A stretch of 64,000 nt of DNA from Octopus vulgaris. Taxonomy: Eukaryota. The stretch is from the NCBI GenBank assembly GCA_951406725.2, contig OX597815.1, positions 138,322,001 through 138,386,000 of the forward strand, given 5' to 3'. Under the pieces are notes generated by a model. The model searched no databases and was not told where the DNA came from. It saw only the letters and a list, made by a program, of their open reading frames with translations. Below are positions 53,137-64,000 of the stretch, in pieces (positions within the stretch are counted from its first letter, which is position 1; each line of letters starts with the position of its first letter). The translations under genes and the position numbers were made by a program.

Positions 53137-55732
53137 GCATATATGTGTCTACATATAGGTATGTATGAAGGAGAGACACGTATAGAGAGTGAAAAATGAA
53201 GAAGTTTTGGGAGATCCAAATCCCGAAATCAATAGAAATAAGTACCCAAAGATGGATGCATGTGTCTTAGAAAAATCAGTAAATAAGTAAATTGCACTTG
53301 ATTGAGGTAAATAGAGTTGATTAATTAATTAATTTATTTCTTTCAGTTGTAATATGAATTGGCAGATTTTATTGAATTTTCTTCTTTTCCTTTTATAAAT
53401 ACCAAAAGTGGAAGCTACAAAACCAAGGGAAGTTAGTTGAAATATTCATACATAGAAATTGAAGGAAAAGTTATTAGAAAGAAATAGGGGAAGTGCAAAA
53501 AACTAAAACTAAAGGAAGTGCTAAATTCCTTAAACAATACCAATTCATTATAATCTGCTTGAAATATATTGGGTTTGAATGTTAATATAATATAAATTGG
53601 AAATAATTCCGTATTGTGCTCACATATGAGCTTACGCGTTTTAGCAACACATCATAATGAACAATGACTGATAAATTAAATTTGAACCGTTATTGATAAT
53701 CGTTAGAATTCCAATTAGTTTTAATATTTGAGTAAAACAGGTGTGACATAACAACAAAGTAATTAGAGAGAACATAAAGATGTGTTTTTGTTGCAACTGA
53801 TCTGAATATACAAGGTACAAGTAATCTGATTATTATTATTAATTTGGGTCTCTTAGAATGCTGTTGAATGATTACAACTTATTGCTTGTATAAAATCAAA
53901 AGTTCCACTGAGAGCTTTAGTTTTAATACAGGCATTTAGATATGAATGGTATAAATCACTTAGCCATAAATATATTAATATGAGGAACAGGTTTAACCTT
54001 CAAGCATCCGTGAAGTTCTGACACTAATTCGTGTACTTGTTAGTCTCAGAAGAGACAATGTGTACACTCCTTTCTCCTGCTCATAGACTGGAAGATGTGG
54101 ATAAGAAACCAGCTTTGCGGAGTTTGGAAAGAAAAAAGGGAGGCCTACATTATCCGTCAATCGGGGAAAATATTTAGAGGTAACAAACATCAGAATAATG
54201 GAAGAAAAACAGAAATAGTTTAGAAACTTATGAACAGAATCCTAACTATATGTATGTGCGAGTACTGGATGTGTGATTAGCACAGATCTGTTCGGGTTAC
54301 TTGTAGAAAAGAAGTGACACATTTTTGAAAATTGTAATAGTTCAATCAACTCAATGCAGTGAAGTAATGTTGATGGATAGAAATAGCATGTAACTTATAT
54401 AAGCAACAAATAATTATTGTTTTTTTTATGTCAAATCGTTTTATGTTTTAAAGAAAGATGAAGCATTGTTTAGGTGTTATTTCTGAAATTATCCAAACGA
54501 TGGGTATCCAACAAACCAGCAAATTACTTGTCGTTTGGACTCAATCATAGAAAGGAGTGGGGATTCTACATTAAGTCTCCATTGTCTTTGGTTTCTAATT
54601 AGGGCATATCCAAGGTAGATTTCTAATCAGCCAATGTTGACCCTGGGTTGTTTGACAATATTTCATGGCTTTCGCGGAATATTTACGAGGCTTGCCTTCC
54701 AAAACTACATGCGGTTAGACTTTTTAAAAACATTTACAGGAACGGTATCAGTAATAGAACTGTATCAATTATAATTGTTATCGTATATGTTGGTAAGGGA
54801 TATTTTTATGAAGCAACTCTTTTATTTTTAGCATTACTGGTAATATCCCAATAGATAACAGGCAGAAAAACCAGCACAAAGTACGTTAATGGACCTGAAA
54901 CAAATAATTATATAATGGCATGTTTTTTGTCTCAACTGTTATTAGACATTTCTTGTGTATTGTGCTAACATTATTTCACAATTTTCCAAATGTTTAATAA
55001 GATGCAGAAAGTAAAGCAGACATGTCGATATAGTAATATTCACATAAGGAAAAATACGACTCTAAATAAAGATTTTGATCTTTCTAGACATATATACACT
55101 ATGAAACATTACATACCTCTAACCACTTCAGGAGATCTATATTTTCAAGTTTTGTGGATTCTAAACCTAAGCCGATTTGTATATCTGTATAGAAGTATGA
55201 ATTCACATCTAAAGGGGACATCAAGAAAGTGAATAAAACATTTTCAACATATAATGTATACGTTCATATTCTTATAATATCCGATAGAAGCAATTTTAAA
55301 TGAAGACAGTAAAGTATATCCATTTATTCATTTATTCAATCAAATAGTTATTTGACGTAGCCTTTAGCTAGTATGATTCATATAGATAGATAGGTATTTT
55401 ATTTCATTGTCAAAGATATTACATTACAAAATTATAGTTTACAATAATAAGATCTCGATTCAAAAGTATATTATTTTGGTTGTGTATAGAATTAATTGGG
55501 AAAGAAAACTACAAATCTGAAAAGCAAAATATTGACAGTTGAACACAAATACTGATGCGTATAAAGATATTAGGTAATCAATAGATAATGTTATTTTAGC
55601 GAGTACAATGAAGTAAAAGGGAATACCGTAGGAAAAGTTGTTGATCATTCAAAGAAATTCAGTTTAACGAGGAAGATTAGATGAATAACGGACTTCTTTT
55701 ACCCAAAGCATGCGCAGATGATTCGATCATTT

Positions 55733-55819
<87 letters not shown>

Positions 55820-55931
55820 GTGCGTATATATATATATATATGTATCTATATATATATGTGCGTATATATATATATATATATATATGAAGTTATAGTATTT
55901 TAGGGTAGGTGAAAAAGATGTGGCTTTGTTT

Positions 55932-55964
<33 letters not shown>

Positions 55965-56325
55965 AGCTTAGAGAAGAAGAAGAAACGAAACGAAACCAAA
56001 CGAATCGAATCGACGCGAAGGCGCTCAGTCATACAATAGTGTAATAAATAAAATATATGCATACATACAAACATATATGTACGTACCTACATCTACATGT
56101 ATATATACATGCATATATAAATATATATACGTGTGTACAGGACACCACAAATAGACGTAGAACTCAACGAGAAACGAAAACGTAAAAACAGCATGGAACG
56201 GACCATTTTTTTAACAACGAAAAAACAGAGTACAAGAAAACTACACAAGGAAAAATTCCCTTCATCAGCTGTCCCTAGTTCAACTCCAGCGTGTTTCGAA
56301 GGTGAGGACAGAACACGTCTCGTCG

Positions 56326-56372
<47 letters not shown>

Positions 56373-56383
<11 letters not shown>

Positions 56384-57040
56384 CAGTGTACATTTAAACA
56401 CATAAGAGATGTCTATAACAGAAAATCTGACACGCTAGAAAGAGTAGTTAAATTCTAAACCACTACTAGGTGTAATTTCGAAAGGAAACGAAAAATAAAA
56501 ACATTTACCCTCTATTTTCTGTACCATGCATTGTTCCAAGCAATCTTAAGTAAATAAAATAATTTACATTGGTGAAGCTATCATCAGCAGGAGAGCCAAG
56601 ATTAACATATAAAAACGAGGCGATAAAGAACATTCCTCGTGTTTATATGTCATAATTTTTCTAAATTCACCGTGCACGCGCAGTTTTTTTATCGGCAGCA
56701 AATACAAAAAATGCCGCTTTTCTTTCAAAATTAACCCCAAAACATTTTATCATTAATTAATAAATTAATAAACATGAGGCATGTTCTTTATCGCCTCGTT
56801 TTTATATGTTAATCTTGGCTTTCCTGCTGATGAGAGCTTCGCCAATATAAATTATTTTATTTACTAAAGATTGCTTGAAACCATGCATGGTACAGGAAAT
56901 AGAAGGTAAATGATTTTATTTTTCCTTGCCTTTCGAAATTACCCCTAATAGTGATTTAGAGTTTAACTACTCTTTATAGCGATTCAAATGTCCAGTTATG
57001 GCCATCTCTTATGTGTTTAAATGTACACTGTATTTTATAT
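56373..57040. repeat. Fold-back element with ~275-bp diverged inverted arms
   Basis: 56373-56646 is the reverse complement of 56768-57040 (e.g. aaatacagtgtacatttaaacacataagagatg / catctcttatgtgtttaaatgtacactgtattt). Confidence 0.9.
56820..56899 (+). ncRNA. Type I hammerhead ribozyme with intact core
   Basis: tttcctg-CTGATGA-gagc...gctt-GAAA-ccatgcatgg-TA-caggaaa; 7-bp stem I, palindromic stem III, GUA cleavage triplet. Confidence 0.8.
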
Positions 57041-57132
57041 GAATAATATATAGTCTATTGACTAGTTTTTTCTTCTCGCTAGACCACTAGTAGCAAAGAA
57101 TTTTTCAAAATATTTTTGCTCCCTGAAATTTA

Positions 57133-57174
<42 letters not shown>

Positions 57175-58729
57175 ATAGTTACAGAAAGCAAAAGACGAAG
57201 GCAGAAGAGGGAACAGCAAGAAGGTGCATTAGTTTGACACTCGGGAATAATGGAAAAGTCTTTGATGTTTCGAGAGAAAGGGGTGAGAGGAGAAAAATAG
57301 AGAGAGAACGAAAAACAGAGAGAAAAAATGTATAGGGAAAAAGAACAACAGACAAAAACAAGTTTATCAAATATGATACAAACTTAGCCACGATTTATTA
57401 ACTTCATCTCCGCCGTTTGAGTATTGAGACCAGCTCCATATGTGAAAAGGAGGTAATAACAAGAAACAAAAATTATCTAAAGGTGATATGTCATTGAAGG
57501 AAAAAGACAGGTTTATTGTCTGGAAATACGAGGACACTATATGAGCTGAGAGAAAGAATTATGAACTACTGAGTTATGAAGAATTATGAACTACATAGTC
57601 CATACGATGCAACATAAATTAATGATTTATTAAAATTATTTCCACAATATGATGATTGCGATACATGTCTAAGGAAGAGTTATTGTTGTTGGCTCGGTAG
57701 ACTATGTGTGCGTGTTTAATTTATCAATCAGAACTACTAGCGTGGTGCCGTTGTTTATCAATGTGTGAATATTATTTGTGATACTTAGACATACAATGAA
57801 GTTTTTTTTTACGTAAGATTGAGTAAATTTTGAAAGGGTAAAGGTTCGGTTTTCTGACAAAACAAATATCTCCTGAATTATTGCTACATACATGTTGTAA
57901 ATGATTTTATAATCATTTCGTCTCATAAAAGTGCATTGTAGAATTTAAAAAGTTTTTGACTAATGTTTACTAAGTCTATTTTTGTGTGTGAAACGGTTTA
58001 AATGTATTCTGTGCGATCCTGTTGAAGGACTGATAGCATTCTTGTTTTTGTCGTTGTTCATGTTGTCAGTAACATAATATTTTCGTAAAATTACGTATGT
58101 CTTTGGATCTTTTCTAAAAATTTTGTTTTTTGTGAAGTTTGTATGAGTACTTTGAAGAATGTGTAAGAACGTGGATTGAAATTCTAGTGTGACCGTCCCT
58201 GTCTTTTTCTGGTACAATAGTATAATATAAAAAGAAAACCATCCCGAAATTCTATCTGGTTCTTTAATGTCTTTCTAAAAGCTCGTCCTTGACGAGTCGT
58301 TTATGATCTTCAGTTTTAGCTTGTCCCCTACATATAATCATATTGGGGATGGTAGGTTATATTTTAAAAAAATAAACAAGCAAACGGTTATTAGTGGCTG
58401 CATATAGGCTGCCTTGCAAGCTCAAAGTTTCTTTGTGAAATAGATAGGCAGATTACTACGCAATGTATATTTATTGTCAAGTTGTTGGTAAATTATTGTT
58501 CTGTAGCCTCATATCAGATAATCGAACAGAACTATGAACATAAGGGTTCAATCCATCCGTGAGCATCCTGCCTTTCTGTTCATTGAGGACATTCCCTAAT
58601 GTGTCATTCCATTTTTGAAGATCATAGCATGATTTATGAGAATCTCACTTCTATTTCTAGCAGCCCGCTTGACTCATTATAGAATCTATCATTGGCTCAT
58701 ACTGTCTCCTCGAAGTGCATATGCCCAAA

Positions 58730-59537
58730 GCTTTAACGTTCTAGCTCACTTCCGCTGTTAACAGCAGTGTTTGGAAGGAAGGTGTGTAGCGTGCGATCGT
58801 CACATTCACCATGACAGAGAAAGTTGTCATGGCGACACCTGCTCAGAGGCCTACGAGAGGTTGCAGAAAGTGCATGCAGAATAGTGTATAAGACCCACAG
58901 AAGAATACGTGCGATTCAGACATTTCCAAGATAGCCGAAAAGATGTTGAAATTGACGAATGTTCTGGGAGACCCACAAAAAGCAGGACTGAGAAAAAAAT
59001 TGCAGATGTGCATGCAGCTGTGAGCAGATATCGTCGAATCCCCATCGGTGAGTTATCAGAGGATGTGCTGATTGGTAACGGTTCAGTTCAGTCCATTATC
59101 ACTGAAAATTTGGGTATGAGACGCGTATCTGCCAAGTTTGTACCAAAACTGCTTTTAGTTGACCAAAAAGAGACTCGGGTTTCAGTTGCAAAAGTTCTTC
59201 TTGGTTGTGTCGAGAACGATGAAAACCTTTTGAAAAGTTTGCGTAGGCCTCTGAGCAGGTATCGCTAAACTTTTGATAAAATTTGATGCAGATTCTCTGC
59301 TCAACTTTCTCTGTCATGGTCAATGCAACGATCATACACTACACACCTTCCTTTCAAGCACTGCTGTAAACAGCGGAAGTAAGCTAAAACGTTAAAACTT
59401 ACACGCATAAACTTATGCACACATACAGCCGAGTTCAAGGTCATTATTCTCCTTTCTTTAGCTTCATTACTATAGCTAACAGTCCGGATAGCTAACAGTC
59501 ATTACTAACAGTCCGGATACTTATTGATCATGCCACG
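58730..59537 (+). mobile_element. Rearranged mariner-like element
   Basis: DECSGRP..LGMRRVSAKFVPKLL (ORF 58909-59268); 5' region duplicated in inverted orientation at 59240-59397; TIR-like end ggatacttattgatcatgccacg followed by TA. Confidence 0.8.
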
Positions 59538-59849
59538 TATAATGCATTAACCAATGTAGACACAGATTAAGTCCCGCTTTTATATAACAATATCAAATTT
59601 GCAGTATAAAATATCAAGGTGTAATCCAAGCAAATTAGGTCAATTGTTCACACAAATTTCTCGGCAAATTTCTGTGACAGTGGCTCATTGAATCTAGTGT
59701 AACACTATTTATACTAATTTCTGGAGTTTTTCAGAATGATTTAAAGCAGACTTGCTTGTATTTTATGCAACTAAATTCTAGAATTTAAATGTAACTTTAC
59801 ATTTAGAAAATCCGTTATTAGAGCATTGACAGGGAGGACGATATATATA

Positions 59850-61105
59850 CAGAAGTTTGACAAAATGATGGAAACATCTTAAAATTTCAAACAAATTTAT
59901 TTTAATATGGAGTAGGACCGCCTTTGGCAGTAATTACAGCTTGAATTCTACGAAGTATGGACTCGTACAAACTATGAATGGTTTCCAAAGGAATTTTTGT
60001 CCAGTCTTCAGCTAAAACAGTCTCCAGTTCTTGTAGTGATGATGGTGGAGGATATCGACTCCTGACTTGTTTTTCGAAAATACACCATTAATGTTCAATA
60101 TTATTGAGATCTGGGGACAGATATTCAACTCACTAGAATGTTCCTCGTGCCATTCTGTAACAAGTTTAGCTGTGTGAATTGGTGCATTATCATCCTGAAA
60201 GGTTGCATTTCCCCCCGGAAACAGTTCTGCAAACATAGGATGAATTTGTTAAGATAGCATGCTTAAACAGACTTGACTATTAATTCTGCCATGAAGGGAA
60301 ACCATTGGGCCCGCGGATTTCAAAGATATAAATCCCCAGTTCATTACAGATCTTCCTCTATGTTTAACAGTTGGGAGAAGGCAGTTTTTGGTCAAATGCT
60401 TCTTTTGGTTGTTTCCACACGTTTACTCGGACGGTGGTCGGAAATAAGGTAAAAGATGACTCGTCCGAGAAAATAACATTCTACCACTGCTCTAGGGACG
60501 AATTCCGTAGATTTTTACTCCACTCTAAATGCTTTGCAACTTTTGATTTTGAAAGTAGTGGTTTTCTGATTGCAGCCCTCCCGTAAAATCCGGCTTTGTG
60601 TAGCTCCAGTTTTTGTGGAAATTGGGTTCTCGTGATGGTCATTAAGCTCTGCAGTAATTTTAGGAGCTGTACATTTGTGATCCTTTCTAACAATTCGTGT
60701 GGGAGTCCGACGGTCCCTATCTGAAAGTTTTGGTTTTCTTCCGGAGTTTTGTTTCAACGAGGAGGTTTTTCCTTCTTTCTTAAAGGCTGTCATTACTTTC
60801 GAGACAGTACTTCTTGATACACCAAACATTTCGGCTGTTTTCGTTACACTAGTGCCTGCTTTACGAGCACCAACAATTTGACCTCTTTGAAAGTCCGACA
60901 GATATGCAATTTTAATGAATTTTAATTACCTTTTTCTGATGACATCTGAAAAGAAACAGCAATTTCAGCAAAACTTATAATAAATTATAATTATAATTAG
61001 CAACACTAATAATAAATCAAACAACAAAAAAGTAAACAAGCTTTTGACGGTTTTATGATATTTCAAAATCATGATGCTATGATGCTAGGTGTGTCCATTA
61101 TTTCG

Positions 61106-61109
<4 letters not shown>
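59850..61109 (-). mobile_element. Tc1-like transposon, near full-length, disrupted
   Basis: MFGVSRSTVSKVM..SGRKPKLSDRD, IFSDESSF, FQDDNAPIH; TIR tgacaaaatgatggaaacatc / ggtgtgtccattatttcgttca within TA repeats. Confidence 0.92.
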
Positions 61110-61148
<39 letters not shown>

Positions 61149-61794
61149 AGTTAAACGCAGGTGTTATTCAATTTGCTTTACTTCCGACACTGGTATTGTT
61201 CCAAAGGAATAAAATGGTGTAAAACAATGTAATCTTCTATTCAGGGAAGTGAAGAAATGAAATTTGTCAATAAGACATTTTAATAGAAAATGAAGGATAT
61301 GTATAGGGATTAACTGAACGCAATTAAGATTGTTTAAAAAAACATTATAGGATATACCGTCAAAGGTAACCTATAGAAAGACGAGGGATAAAGGAAAGAA
61401 AAACTAAATTAATGAGAAATATATAACTATATGTATATTGAATAAAACCATATAGACTTGGAAAAAGATATACCTAGTGAATGCGAAATGTAAGAAGAAA
61501 ATGAATGTTTAAATTGTATATAATAATAGATATCACATGAACTAAAGGTGTGTTCCTGCCAATGTTTACATCGGTATGCACGCTCTATAACCGAGTTTAC
61601 AAATCCCCTCGTAAACATGTTTCGGAAGTAAAAGAAATTGAATAACACCTGCGTTGAACCTAGAGGTGGATAACTTGAACACCTAGCTCTAGTATTATGC
61701 TCAATACATGGAACGCTTCCCAATTTCAATAAATTATATGCAATTCGTTTATATTTCAGTTAATTTTGTAGAAATAAAATGTTTATATTAATAC

Positions 61795-61834
<40 letters not shown>

Positions 61835-61844
61835 GAGAGAGTGT

Positions 61845-61886
<42 letters not shown>

Positions 61887-62041
61887 TGTGTATTTTTCCT
61901 TTGTTAACAATTAACACGGAAAAAATATATAAATAGTTACAAGAGTAGCAAAAAATCACACAAGTATAAACGTTGTAACTCCTTGTTTTTAAAGGTAGAA
62001 ACTTCAGGTTTACGTGAAATATTTTGTATAATATATCTCTC

Positions 62042-62128
<87 letters not shown>

Positions 62129-63339
62129 TTGTGTTCAACAACCAGCATGTGTATATGCATTGAATATCATTCAGAAGTAGTTGGTATAGACTGAGAATAC
62201 TCTCATTGTTTCTTTAAAATGTATTTAAAATATGCTTTTACATGAATAGACTAATTACAAGATCATGAAACGATATTATTAGTTTAAATAAAATTCAGTT
62301 AATAATTTATACAGGCGCATTTATGCAGTTTAACATGTCCTACTATAAGGTACACAAAAATGGCAAGTTAATTGTTTTTTCAATAAGCATTACTAATTAT
62401 CAAAACTTGTTTAAACTAGGGTTGGAAAACACAACCCTGATTCTAAAACTTGCTCGTTAGTCCTCGGCATTATCAACAATAGCCTATATAAAGAAACATG
62501 TAGTAAAATACTAAAACATTTAATGAGTTTGTTAGTTCAAGGCAGGAGAAAAAGTCTTCGTTTGAGCATTAAGATTATTGCTTCTCGAACCGTACATAAA
62601 AGAAAATATTCGTTAGATCATAAAATGAGTTTTAAATTACCGTCAAAGACGAGCTCTTAGAAGAACATTAAGGAACCAGATAGAATTTAGGGATAGTTTT
62701 CTTTTTATGTTATACTATTGTCTAATGTCGTCGACAGAGTAATCTTTGGCTGAAAACCATATTATCAGGAAACTAAATCTTGTATTAATGGGGTATAAAA
62801 GAGAACAAAAACTGGTAATTGTGAGGAGGGGGTAAAACTATATAGAATATCAATATTTGTGCAAGCTATTACTCTTTATATAAATTTGACCTGAGGTGTA
62901 GGGAAATTACATGGATAGAGCACAAAGTTGTTTGCTTGTCTAATCTTTTCGGTTCATATTATTTGGAAGCACAGAACACTGCTTAAACTGTATATAGTAT
63001 TAAAGCAATTTGACAAAAAATATATTGAGTTAAAACTGTGAGGAAATTGTAACAGCAACCTTAGAAATCTGGCTTGTTATACATAGTTTTCGTGAGACCT
63101 CCATTGACTTTGTAGGCGAGCATAAAAAGTTTTTCTCATTCCATTCCTGTTGAGAGGAAATTGATTTTTTTAGAGAAATGATCCAATCCTTACATCGTTT
63201 TGTGTAGAAATTAACGTTTCAGTAATTAATAATGTCTGTCAAGTTGTAACAAAAACCGTATGCCACCGCATTTAATTCCTTACGATACTTAATTTCATTT
63301 TAATTTCAAGTTCAAATCTATCCGGTTTTCACATTACAT

Positions 63340-63510
63340 TTATTATCAGACTGCGGCTATCCTGGGGCATCGCCTTGAAAAATTTTATTCGAAAGAATTG
63401 ACTCCAGTGCTTATATCATTAAAGCCGCATACATATTCTATCAGCCTCTTTTGCTGAACCACAAAGTTACAGGTATGTAAACTTACCTGCACCGATTGTC
63501 AAGATGTAGT
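63340..63510 (-). mobile_element. SINE 3' portion
   Basis: Minus strand resembles 28670-28830 (cttgacaatcggtgc..ggcgatgccccaggatagccgcagtc). Confidence 0.6.
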
Positions 63511-63559
63511 GACAGACATACATACATGCATATATGCTTACTGCTGTTGCTTCATGCTT

Positions 63560-64000
63560 TAGCTTGATGGGGCTGGGGTCATTCCAGGTTAGCAGTCCCA
63601 GAGACGTCATCATGCGTATAACCAATCTGGTCCACCAGTGCTCCATCGCTGGTGGTCCCGTGCATCATCCAAGGTGACTTCAAGTTTCTGGAGCACTTCC
63701 CCAATCATGTCCAGCCATCTGGTGCGGGGCCTGCCACAAGGCCTCTTTCAGCCTGCAGCTGCTACTTCGAATGAGATTAAAACCCTGGTAGGATGATCTA
63801 ACGGGAGATGGAGGACATGTCTGTACCAGCGCATCCGACAGGTGGGAGGCTGCAGGCAGATACGTGCGTGCATGTAATTCTTTGTTGGAAATGTAATGGT
63901 ACCACCTGATGCTCTCGATGGTTCTCAGGGCTCTGTTATCGAAATCGTTGATTCTTTTTGCCAGTGTTTTCGGGAGTGGCCAAGTTTCTGTTCCATAGAA
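63560..64000 (-). mobile_element. RTE-clade LINE 3' end, continuing past the window edge
   Basis: Minus strand YGTETWPLPK..INDFDNRALRTI..RWYH, RWYRHVL, GRPRTRWLD. Confidence 0.8.

Noticed and set aside
53993-54200. Possible coding exon (MCTLLSPAHRLEDVDKK..GGLHYP)
   Set aside because: Short, ends in a stop, no recognisable domain and no consistent splice context.

Overview
AT-rich, microsatellite-dense eukaryotic (metazoan) DNA. The SINE, LINE and (TA)n/(TAA)n/(CA)n content strongly resembles an octopus (coleoid cephalopod) genome; this is an inference, not a database result. No host protein-coding gene can be called confidently. Most listed ORFs are microsatellite translations or decayed transposon frames. 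The window holds CR1-group LINEs (4 copies, 2 families), RTE LINEs, R4/Dong-type restriction-like-endonuclease LINEs (one near-intact 3' portion inserted in (TAA)n), Penelope-like elements (Naiad and Neptune types), mariner and Tc1 transposons, two near-identical non-autonomous Helitrons and many tRNA-derived SINEs. The most notable signals are: (1) about ten hammerhead-ribozyme (HHR) motifs, including a tandem pair 338 nt apart with retrozyme/circRNA architecture (19.2-20.0 kb) and HHRs inside two long fold-back palindromes (37.4-38.1 kb, 56.4-57.0 kb); (2) a (TAA)n-targeted array of a Dong-like LINE flanked by two copies of a non-coding element; (3) a covarying 3' stem-loop shared by two LINE families and a SINE; (4) three full CRE sites beside a possible spliced minus-strand transcript at 0.1-7.6 kb. 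All alignments and folds were done by eye, and boundaries are approximate.
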